Shown here one piece after another: positions 26,605 through 37,032 of a DNA stretch of 64,000 nucleotides. Position 1 is the first letter of the stretch. The number at the start of each line of letters is the position of its first letter. Source of the stretch: Styela clava (lineage: Eukaryota); NCBI RefSeq assembly GCF_964204865.1, contig NC_135253.1, positions 4,526,001 to 4,590,000 on the forward strand, written 5' to 3'. The position numbers and the translations under genes were made by a program. The notes beneath the pieces were generated by a model. It ran no database searches, was not told the DNA's origin, and saw nothing but the letters and a program-made list of their open reading frames with translations.

Positions 26605-29359
26605 TTATTCAAGGTCTTTGTCAAATTCAGCTGCTTGGATCATTCCGTCGTTATCAGCATCGAGTTTCTGAAATTCCTGCTTCATAAGATCACCAAGATC
26701 TTTGCTTTGTTCCAAGTCTTGTTCATCTTGCTCGGTAACGACATCAAGCAGAGCCAATACATCTTCTTCGTTGTTGGAGTCCAAAAAATGGGAAGCAACT
26801 AGTTGGCCGGATTCGTTGTCCTGTTGATAAAAATGAATTATTTGGTGTAAAGTGTTGTTGCGAATTCAAATTAGGTACATTCAGATATATTTAATTTAAA
26901 TGTAAGTATAATTCGTTTTAAATAGCTGTAAAGGTACGCCCATGATTGAGCAATATATAAGGGATTTCTGCGATGAAAAGCTTAAACGGTAAATATACGC
27001 TAGTCAGGGTTGGCGAACCACTGACCACAAAGTGACCAACCAAGTTTATTTCGGTGACCCGCCAAATCACGAATCAATGCAAAAGACATACTAAGATTTC
27101 AATGATGAAAATTGGTAATAAAATCGTGCCCAATTCAATCTACCAATAAGTGTACTGCGACTGCCGTAAACGCAACCAAGGTGGAGTTGTACGCACTCTG
27201 AGAAAAAGGGATGATTGCGCAACCATAGGCGGTGAGTCGATAAATCGAATATAATTAAAAGAGAGAATTCTCAATAAAATGAACAATATCGTTATTACAG
27301 GTCCAAAATTGGGATTTTCCACGGCGACAAGAATGTTGAAATTCCACCTGGCCATTATGCTCAATTACAAATTAAGACGATATCATGTAGCCTACGGTCT
27401 AAATCCGTGTGGTCTAAGGTTGCGAGATTGAAGGACCGCAAAAAAATTTCAGAGGCCTTGCGGACCGCAGTCGGGAAAACCCAAAAGTGATCAAAACACC
27501 ACGAGCTCAGTTACTTTAAATATATTAACGAATGAGAATTTACAGTTCTAATCAGACTTAGCCTATGTTGCATCAGTGGCCTTTTTTATTAATTAATCTA
27601 AGGAAGATATATAAAGCACTAACGAAACAATGTACTGTTTCTTGCTTTTGGTACTGTTTCAGATATGCGTTGCGTCACTGCTGTCACATGGCCCACGCTT
27701 GAAATAGGGGTGTATTTGTACTAACATAAAGGCACAAAACGTCTTTCCATATAAGGAGTCCATATATGCTCAATCAATTTTCTATTTTACTCAACTGAAT
27801 TGTATTAATTAGGATTGTAGCTGGGATGAAGAAGTTATAAGGTAAAAGAGTCGATGGTTTACGTTGAATGCAATTATTACGACATGACATTAATATCAGC
27901 TGCCTGCGCTCTTTTACGACGCACGTTTCTGCATTCCGTTACGCGACTACTGTCAAAGATGCATTAATACACACTACAATCAAACGATTATAATACTTGT
28001 GGAAAAGATGCCGAAACACGTTCCTCACTGATGCAGACATTGAATAAATATAAATGACCCACGGTCTTCTTTTCAATGATGAAAATTAAGTTTTGGCTCA
28101 TTCAATGAAAAAGGTTCGCCACCAATGCGCTAGACTAGATGGTACACCGCGGTGCTCTCTGCATATCTCACCAATAATCTGGCAACCATTGCTTCACGAA
28201 ACTCTGATTGCGATATGGCGCCGTCTTCATCTTGATCAAGTTCATTGAACACGTTCCAGGTACTTTTCAGATCTTTCTGATTTTTTAGTTGAAGCTTCTG
28301 GTCACCCAATTTCAATTTACAAGAGTATTTTTTGTGTAGGAACCAACCAGCTAAATAAAAGAGGGAAAAACTAAAAAAAAGTAGAATAGGCATCACAGTT
28401 GCATGTAACCTAACGATTTTACTTTTTAATTACCAGTAAGTAAGGCAAAGACATTGAGGAATAAGGAAGGTATTTCCGAATGAAATTAAAACCTACTCGT
28501 AACGATAACTTGGTCGTTTATTGTCCAACTGACAGCAATTTATTCTATGATGCATTTCATTTGGTCCATGTGACGGCAATGCTACCTAGTGGGCAGGCGA
28601 AAATGATTTATTGAATGATAATAGGTACTGGTAATTTCTACAATTTGGGAATCTCAAAACAGTATCAATAACTCACAATGGAATTCAACCGTTGAATTTC
28701 CATTCCTACATGATCCACAGTTACAGCAAAATAGGTTGCATCCCTTCCCGTTTCCACTACCGGAACCACAGCACTTCCTGTGGCGCCATATGCTAACTTT
28801 GGCGCAGTCTTTGCAGAAGCCTGTGAGATAATGAGGTTTAAAACGTTCTCATTTCTAAAACATTTCATAAAAAATTGGTTTAATTCCTATCATTCATTTT
28901 TGTAAAATGTGAAGAAATAATCAAGACAATGTCTCAAACGCGTTTTTGAAATTGGAATTACCACTGAAAATGTAGTTGCAAACAATCGATCACGTGCAAT
29001 GAGATAATGTGCATATACGATTATTGGAGTTTACATTATCAGAAAAACTTGAAAGGTGGTTCCTATAGCTGAAACAGATAATATCTGACATGACGTTGAA
29101 TGTATTCATATATAAATCCTGAATCAGCATTAGAGATATCCCAAATAGAAAAAAATCTCTGATGTCTTAAATAAAACAAAATTGACCATATTTGATATTC
29201 GGATATCAAAATACAGTTAGAAAACAGAAATAAACGGCGAATGCGTTTACCAATATCTAATTTTTCACACTTACCGTGTTTTCCACGATCACAGCAAATT
29301 CCTGAAATTTCCGCTACGGCAAACAGGAGGAATAAGGCAAGAAGTAAAAATTTAACCAT
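26605..29359 (-). CDS. Secreted Cys-rich (Diedel-like) + EF-hand protein, copy E (207 aa, intact)
   Basis: Exons 29275-29359, 28677-28820 (GFCKDCAKVSIWRHRKCCGSGSGNGKGCNLFCCNCGSCRNGNSTVEFH), 28172-28350, 26605-26820 (...EFDKDLE*). GT-AG and in frame. Confidence 0.9.
27005..28127. mobile_element. Non-autonomous hAT element in intron 3 of copy E
   Basis: TIRs CAGGGTTGGCGAACC / GGTTCGCCACCAATG, flanked by CGCTAG repeats. The empty site is visible in copy C (ATACGCTAAATGGTACACC at ~13718). Confidence 0.8.
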
Positions 29360-30872
29360 TGTAAATATCCCAGTTGAGATTAATAGTTATTTCTAAAAAT
29401 ATAATTGCATTAAAAAAGATATTTCATGGCCAGTGTTCTTCAATGTCCAATAGTATTGAGCTACAGCGATGAAGTAGTCAATTAGGAATATAAGCCTTCG
29501 AAGGAGGCAACTAAATTGCATATTACATTGTTCTTTCACGAATGCGTAGGACTAGGTGATACTATGTATTTTCGATCGAACCAATGGTGGTTTCTTTTTC
29601 AGAATATATGTTGCAGATTTTGTGTTCTACTCTTAGAAATATATACATAAATACAAATTAATCTACAAACTGAAGCTAACTTCAGACGACCTATATTAAT
29701 CTATGCAACATAAGAGCATCACAAACATCCTAGTTGCGAGGGTGTCCAATCTGGAAAGTGGAGAAATTGCTCCCAAATACGTTAAATTCCTTAACCTTGT
29801 TCATTTGCATGACTCTGGACACATATGTTGCATAACATTATCTTGATACACTGCACGTACATCCGTTTTTCACTGTCACAATACCGCTTTGGAAACTTGA
29901 GAAAAGTGATATTCAGCTATTGTCCTTTTGTGAGTCACGAAGATCTATCTTCTTCAATGCGGGTTGTATCAAAGGTAAAGGCTAAAAAGTCCCCGAGAGA
30001 AGCTTGAAACAAATTCTATGGGCTATAACTTGGATTAGAGTCACGAAATTTCGTTCAGAGCGGCTTTCTTATTTTATAACAGATCACATACCAATAAAGA
30101 TCATAACTCAGCTTCTGCTTCGTTACTTCTAACAAATAGTATTTAAGTAGGCTACAACAAATTACATCAACAAGTTATTAATTTCCACAATATAGCACAG
30201 CATATAGCAGTTTAATATCAATCTAAGACATATGTCTTTTGCCAACAAATGCTAGACATTACAGGGCGAACAGTCATTTTGGCCGAATAAGAAAGGGTAT
30301 TTGTTAAACCAAATCAGAATTGATTCGTTGAATTTAACAAAATATGCATCATGAATATGATTATGTTTATTATATATATATATATATAACATTCCGAATA
30401 CACTGAAGTATAGAAAATAAGAAAGACGACCTGCCAAGTCAAGAGCATGACTTCTTCATTTTCGACTATTCGACTTTCTTCATTTTCGACTATTCAAAAT
30501 TTTGAAAGGAATAAATTTTTTTCAGAGACTCTCACACAAAAAAAATTTGTTTTGATGAGCAAGAGGTTTTACTTATGAATAAATGGAAATTCCATTAAGT
30601 CACAATATTGTGTCGAAAAGCATCAAAAACAGATAATTAAAACAAGATTGTAATAACATCCTGTGAATTGCATAATATCTATATACCACATCCTATTATT
30701 GACATATAATTTTTGAAAACCTTGAATTATAGCAAGTTTAGCAAAATGCATCATTAAATTAACATGGAAATGTACTGATGCTATTCCTATATCACGTTGA
30801 CAGTTCCAATGATAAGCCAATGCAGAATATTTATAAGGATTTTTTTACTCATGCTCCAAGTATAAGTAAATC

Positions 30873-33397
30873 CAGTGGCGGCGCGTCAATAGGGCCAACC
30901 GGGGCAATGCCCCGGTTGTTTATTCGGTATAATAAAAAATATTCGAAAAATACCTCAATATCGGTTGCACAGACTGTCTCCACTAGCCATATTCTCCCGA
31001 CATGGTTCATTTTTCGCTCGCAAAGCCTTCGCCGAACGTCGACGGGGCGACGCCGATTTTGCCCCGGTTGCTCATTGTATATCGTATTCTCTCTTTTATC
31101 TTCCACTCGCCGCGTTTGTTTTCTGTTTCTTTTACTAAATCATCGGGGCTAGCCCCGAAATTATGACGACACAATGCCGACGTTTCTTACAACAACGTGT
31201 TGACATATTCACGCATTCCTTCTTGTTCGTTGGTTGCTTGAAGAGTTGATAGTTTCCTCGCCTTCGTTTTTGTCGCTTGTTTCGCTATTTGAATCAGTTA
31301 GAGACCTTTAGTCCATTTGCTTTCGATTTTCCACATTCCTTTTGAGCTCCTCACTTCTTTCCGGCTCCGCATTTCTTAGCCTTAGACCTCATAATGAATA
31401 AGGTTGATGCACTACTTCGCACTCCGTTTTCGCAGCTGCCGCTGGAACAAAAATTAGAGGTACAACGTCTTGGGCCTTATCAACCAAAAAATTGTTCACT
31501 GGAACAATCCCATGACGGAGGAAAGCGTCGGCGTACATTCTGCGCAGAAACTTGGTATAAAAAACACGAATGGTTGTGTTACAGCCAGGACAAAAATGCA
31601 TTTTTTTATTTTTATTGCCTACTTTTTGCTACCGCCCGTGACTCACGTTGGTGTAAATTTGGTTTTAGAGATCTTAAACATCTTTCCGAGCGTGCCAGGG
31701 ATCATCAATCTTCTATGGAGCATCTGGACAATGCAGTAAAATACCGAACATTCGGAAATGTTAATATTGCAGTGTTACAGCCTTACAACGCGAAGTCAAA
31801 ATTGATAGCTCAAACTTATGACGGCGCGGCAGTCATGAGTGGGTCGAAACATGGTGTTCAAGTATATATAAAAGAAGATTTTCCTCATGCGCATTTTTTA
31901 CATTGTTATGCACACCAATTTAACCTCGTTATTAAAAATATGTGTCTTGATACCCCTCTCGTCCGTATATTTGTTGCAAATGTTTCGGGGTTTTCTTCAT
32001 TTTTTTCCGTTTCGCCGAAGCGCTCTGACCTCCTTCGCCAGATATGTAGCCGCCGTCTCCCAGCTTGTGCACCAACACGTTGGAACTTTCAATCACGTGT
32101 GGTGCAGGGCGTGTCCGAAATTAGGTCTGAACTCATTGAGTGTTTCAGTGGCATTCAGAGCTCTCCGGTTTGGGACGAACGCTCTGTGAGGGAGGCCGCA
32201 GGTCTAAAGCGTTTGCTAGAAGATGGTGAGTTTTCATTTTTTCTCGCTTTTTTCTCCACAATATTCTATCACGTGGATGTATTATACGGCGCATTGCAGT
32301 CAAGGCTAATGGATGGAGCGTCTGTGCAGTCGTGTATTTCAGACTTCGGCGATGCTGTATCTCGTATCCGGGAAACAATAAAATACGACGACACATGGAG
32401 TGCTTCTTTACGCCGCGGGCAAACAACGCAGCGTTTGATTTTGCCTGCAAAGGAATGCTGTGACATTCTGGTGAATCAAATAGGCGATCGTCTGCGCACT
32501 GAACACCTTGCCGCGTTCTCTTTGATGAACCCCAAAAATTTTTCAAAATTTGCTCGTCAATTTCCCATCCATTTGTTGGCTACTGTCTCCAAATTTTACC
32601 CCATGATAAACGTGGGTAAATTAGAAAATGAATTGCGATGTATATACACCAATCAAACTTTTTTGAACATCACATCAACTTGCGCGCTCTATGGGTTCCT
32701 CATAGATAACACTCTAGTAACTACTTTTGCGGCGTCTGCAAAATTTCTGGACATCATTTTGACGACGCCTATTTCTTCCGCCGACGCAGAGCGAACATTC
32801 AGCACGCTGAAGCGTATTGAAACGTTTCTCAGAAACACAATGAAGCAAGATAGATTAAATTCCTTGGCTGTTTTATCCATTCACAGAGACGTTATTTCTG
32901 GGATGCATGACTTTAATCAGCGCGTTATTGAGCATTTTGCTTCCAAGAAACCGCGGCGTGTTGCATATATGTTCAAGCAGTAGAAGTCTAGCAGCATATA
33001 TATCTATGAACGAGCGACGCATGTCCTTATCTTTGCATTAACTTTCCTTTCTTCATAGTAACGTTTTAAACCTTATTTTAGGTTTTGTCTGCTTTCCCCA
33101 AGTTTCTGTTAATATGTCATTGTATTTATCTGGGTAAATATTGTCTTTTCTTTTGAAAGAGGTTTCAAAATAAACTATGTCTATATTTATTAATCCCTTG
33201 ACTTGGACCGGTTTTAAAGACACTTTCTTATCGTTAAAAATTGTCGCTTTTGCCGATTGGTTAATACCGATGGAATGGTTTTTATACTCATAAAATGATG
33301 GGAGAACTTACAGCGCTCATCCTGTCCCCGTAGATGGGGGTGACTTGGTCCCGCAGTAGCTTGCCCCGGTTGTCAAAATGACCACGCTCCGCCACTG
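30873..33397 (+). mobile_element. hAT (Tip100/ZMYM1-like) DNA transposon, recent insertion
   Basis: TIRs CAGTGGCGGCGCGT / ACGCTCCGCCACTG, perfect 8-bp TSD AGTAAATC (30865-30872 / 33398-33405), subterminal GCCCCGGTT repeats. Empty paralogous sites at ~4111 and ~35921. Confidence 0.95.
31394..32983 (+). CDS. hAT transposase (TTF-type Zn finger, YDGA..MSG, CxxH, C-terminal dimerisation domain), internally deleted
   Basis: 529-aa ORF with WLCYS..F.F.CLLF...H....H, AQTYDGAAVMSG, HCYAHQFNL, PTRW and SSADAERTFSTLKRI...RLNSLA motifs. Confidence 0.9.
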   Translation: MNKVDALLRTPFSQLPLEQKLEVQRLGPYQPKNCSLEQSHDGGKRRRTFCAETWYKKHEWLCYSQDKNAFFYFYCLLFATARDSRWCKFGFRDLKHLSERARDHQSSMEHLDNAVKYRTFGNVNIAVLQPYNAKSKLIAQTYDGAAVMSGSKHGVQVYIKEDFPHAHFLHCYAHQFNLVIKNMCLDTPLVRIFVANVSGFSSFFSVSPKRSDLLRQICSRRLPACAPTRWNFQSRVVQGVSEIRSELIECFSGIQSSPVWDERSVREAAGLKRLLEDGEFSFFLAFFSTIFYHVDVLYGALQSRLMDGASVQSCISDFGDAVSRIRETIKYDDTWSASLRRGQTTQRLILPAKECCDILVNQIGDRLRTEHLAAFSLMNPKNFSKFARQFPIHLLATVSKFYPMINVGKLENELRCIYTNQTFLNITSTCALYGFLIDNTLVTTFAASAKFLDIILTTPISSADAERTFSTLKRIETFLRNTMKQDRLNSLAVLSIHRDVISGMHDFNQRVIEHFASKKPRRVAYMFKQ

Positions 33398-34519
33398 AGT
33401 AAATCCATTCTCGTCATACGAAATGTAGCGAGCCTGTCTATTAGGATTTAGGATATTCTTAAAATTCAGTACCAGATGAAATAACTAATTGATCAATAGC
33501 ACCGAAGTATAAGAAAAATAAAATGACATACTGCTGATTTCAAATATGTGCTTTAAAGAGATAATGATGTATAACCACATATGGCATCGGTCAGAAGATT
33601 CCAGATTGCCAGGCATGTCAAACTTGAGTCCTAAGAGGGTCAAAAATCTTACCTTCATCGAAACAAGGTCAGAAATCACGACTATCATACAATGAGTTTG
33701 AATGATTGGTATATTAAGGGATACACTATATATTCAATAGCATTAAAAAGCTAGTGTAATGTAAGTGTATGTACCAATCTGGAGGTAACTAATTTTGTTC
33801 GACCACTTTACATCAAGTTGTATAAAAGGACTGAAACCTATGGATAGGGGGATATTAAATTGGCTAACACAGACAGTCCCCGAACTAGTAATAGAACTAA
33901 TATATAAAGGAAAATCGGAATAAAACTATGGCCTACCCATAACCTGGTAAATACACTACGGTGGTACCGATTTAAAGACCGGATTAAAATCTACATCGTT
34001 CCTTGAACGAAATTCTTTCCCAATAACCTCCATCGATTTGAATATTATCAAATTAGCAAGAGCGATTGATAGACGTCGCGTGCCAACCTTTTTTCATCTG
34101 TCATAGTCAAAACTAGCTATCTGGAAACCTTTAATGGCCGAACAATAATTTTTTCCTAAATGCATTCGTTCACAAAATTGCAATGCCAGTGAGAAGAACC
34201 ATACTGCGCAGGAATTTGAGTCATAAATAGTAAGCACTAAATGTTGATATAGACATGCAGTCCTAGCCTAAATCAAAACTTTGGCGACTGGCGTTATTTT
34301 AAATTTGTAGGCCACGCATTGTTACATTAGTTTGTAATAAGTCCAAAATACCACAGAGTTAGTCGTCGGGAATCGTGATGTTTTTTTAGTTTCTGAAATG
34401 AACGCCGTTGTTTGAGATCACCAAACATTGGTCACCGCCAGGGTTATAATAAACCTAAATTTTTATTAGATATATTCGTATTCACGGAGACTAAACTGTG
34501 ATTGTTTTGGTATAGTATG

Positions 34520-36260
34520 ACACGCATGTTGCATAACATTATCTTGATACACTCACTACACGTACGTCCGTTTTTCACTGTCACAATACCGCTTCGGAAA
34601 CTTGAGAAAGGTGATCTTCAGCTATTCTCCTTATGTGAGTCATAAAGCCCTCTTCTTCTTCAATGTACAATGGGTAAATGCATAAAATAGTCCCCGAGAG
34701 AAGCTTGAAACAAATTTTATGGGCTTTGACTTGCATTAGAGTCACGAAATTTTGTTCAGACCGGATTTCCTATTTTATAACAGATCACATACCAATAAAG
34801 ATCATAACTCAGCTTCTACCTCGTTACTTCCAACAAATAGTGTTTTCGTGAACGTTATATGTCGACGAAGGTTGGTGAAAATTAATGGAGAAACAACAAT
34901 GTGTCCTTTTCCATACTGCAGTCGATATAAAAAAAAAAAGGTTACGGACTTCGTAACTTGGGTTGTCAATTCTCAACAACCCATCATTTACATGGACTGA
35001 AATCATTTATACACGTGCCTAATTGGATTCGAAACTGCGAACTCATACAGGATAACCTGCTGCACAATGACAAGCCCCACATTACTTCAGCACAAAAATG
35101 AACAAAGTTGATAATATAAATCTTTTTATTTTGCAAATGGGAATCATACACAAAATCACAATTATTAGTAAGTAAAATGAATTCAGGCATCTTCAATGTG
35201 GATCTGAGGAAACATATATCAACACCGGACCAAACAAAGGAACAAGTCACAGTTAACATCAAGTTATTAATTTCCACTATACAGCACTTCTCTATCAGTG
35301 TAATATCAATCCAAGACATGTTACTTTTGTCAAGAAATTCTAGACAGCACAGGGCGAACACTCATTTCGGCCGAAAAAGAATTGATCCGTAATTGATGGT
35401 AAACCAACAAAAAATCGTTAAATTTAACAAAATATGCATCATGAATATGATTATGTTTATTATATATATAACATTTTGAATACACTTAAGTATAGAAAAT
35501 GAGTGAGACGACCTGCCAAGTCAAGAGCATGACTTACAAAATGTTATTCTCATCCTCTATAAAATTTTGAAACAGATATTTGTCTACAGAGACACCACGC
35601 AAAAATATTTGTTTTGATGAGGTTTCAGCTATCAATAAATGGAAATTCCACTAAGTCGCATTATTGTGTCGAAAAGCATCAAAAACAGATGATTAAAACA
35701 AGATTATAATAACATACTATGAATTGCATAATATCTATACCACATCCTATTAATGACATTTATTTTTATGAAAACCTCCAATCATAGCAAGTATAGCAAA
35801 TTGCATCATTGAAATTAACATAGAAATGTACTGATGCTACTCCTATATCACTTTGACAGTTCCAATGATAGGCCGATGCAGAATATTTATAAGGATTTTT
35901 TTACTCATACTCCAAGTATAGGTAAATCTATCCTCGTCATACAAAATGCAGCGAGCCAGCCTATTGGGATATTCTTAAAATTCAGTATCAGATGAAATAA
36001 CGAATCAATAGCACCGAAGTAAGAAAAATCATATGATATACTGCTGGTTTCAAATATGTGCTTAATAAGAGATAATGATGGATTATCACATGTGACATCA
36101 GTCAAAGATTTAAGATCGCCAATCAAGTCAAACTTGCATCCTAATAGAAATCAAAATTTTTTACTTTTCAACAAAACAAGGTCAGAACTCTTAATCATCA
36201 TACAATAAATCTGAATGATTGGTAGATAAAGTGATATAATATAAATTCAATAGCAATCTA
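34520..36260. repeat. Orphan duplicate of the array's upstream (promoter-side) block, with no gene attached
   Basis: Colinear with ~2940-4260 and ~29825-30870/33400-33740 (GCATAACATTATCTTGATACAC, CAGATCACATACCAATAAAG, GACGACCTGCCAAGTCAAGAGCATGAC, TGGAAATTCCA). Confidence 0.8.
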
Positions 36261-37032
36261 GTAAATAAGATTTGGCTGAAATCATAATAGCTATAATAAC
36301 AAATAGAGATGACAAAATAGTAATATTCATGGGTATATTCCAATATATATTGTTATATATTATCATTGAATAAACATATTTATTTAACAGAGCAAAAAAT
36401 AGAACGCTGTATTTTTAACTTATCGGCTCTTATATATGAACAATGATCAACGTCAAGCATCATTAAAAGTTGAATATCAAAGAAGGCAGCAAACTTCTCC
36501 CAATTTACATTTATCACAACAATGGAGATGTCATCAAATAAATAACTTACCACTCTTGGCATATGTCATAGCATATATTCACAGCATAACATAATGGAAC
36601 TGATTTTACTGGATGAATAGTGAAGCTTTTTGTGATAACACAGAACAATACAATATACTTTTTTCAATATCGAATCTTCAAATAACATTTTTAAAATAAC
36701 GAAACATGAAGACAAAATTACCTCACTCAAACCAAATTCTTGACATCACGAAAAATCACATTATTATAAGATAAAAATCAAAGAATGAAAAATATTGCAA
36801 CTGAACATTTCAAGTTAGATTAGAGAGATATCATATCACTGATAACAGATCATAAAATACTCAACACAAATGTTTGACAGAGAAAAGAAAATCTACTATA
36901 GGTGATAAGATATCAATCTATCAATCAATCATAACAACAATCAAGTAGTAGTTTTTGCATCAACAAAATCAGAATGATTCGATTCTATTCAACCGTTTAA
37001 AGTCTTCTAATAATCTCTCTCTATATCTCTAT

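Noticed and set aside
26605-28350. Calmodulin, CREC-family or MCFD2 identity for the EF-hand part
   Set aside because: There are only two widely spaced EF-hands, fused to a Cys-rich domain, and no terminal KDEL/HDEL (proteins end DKDLE/DKDLK).
31470-32880. Short ORFs overlapping the transposase
   Set aside because: Antisense or out-of-frame by-products of GC-richer coding DNA, with no recognisable motifs.
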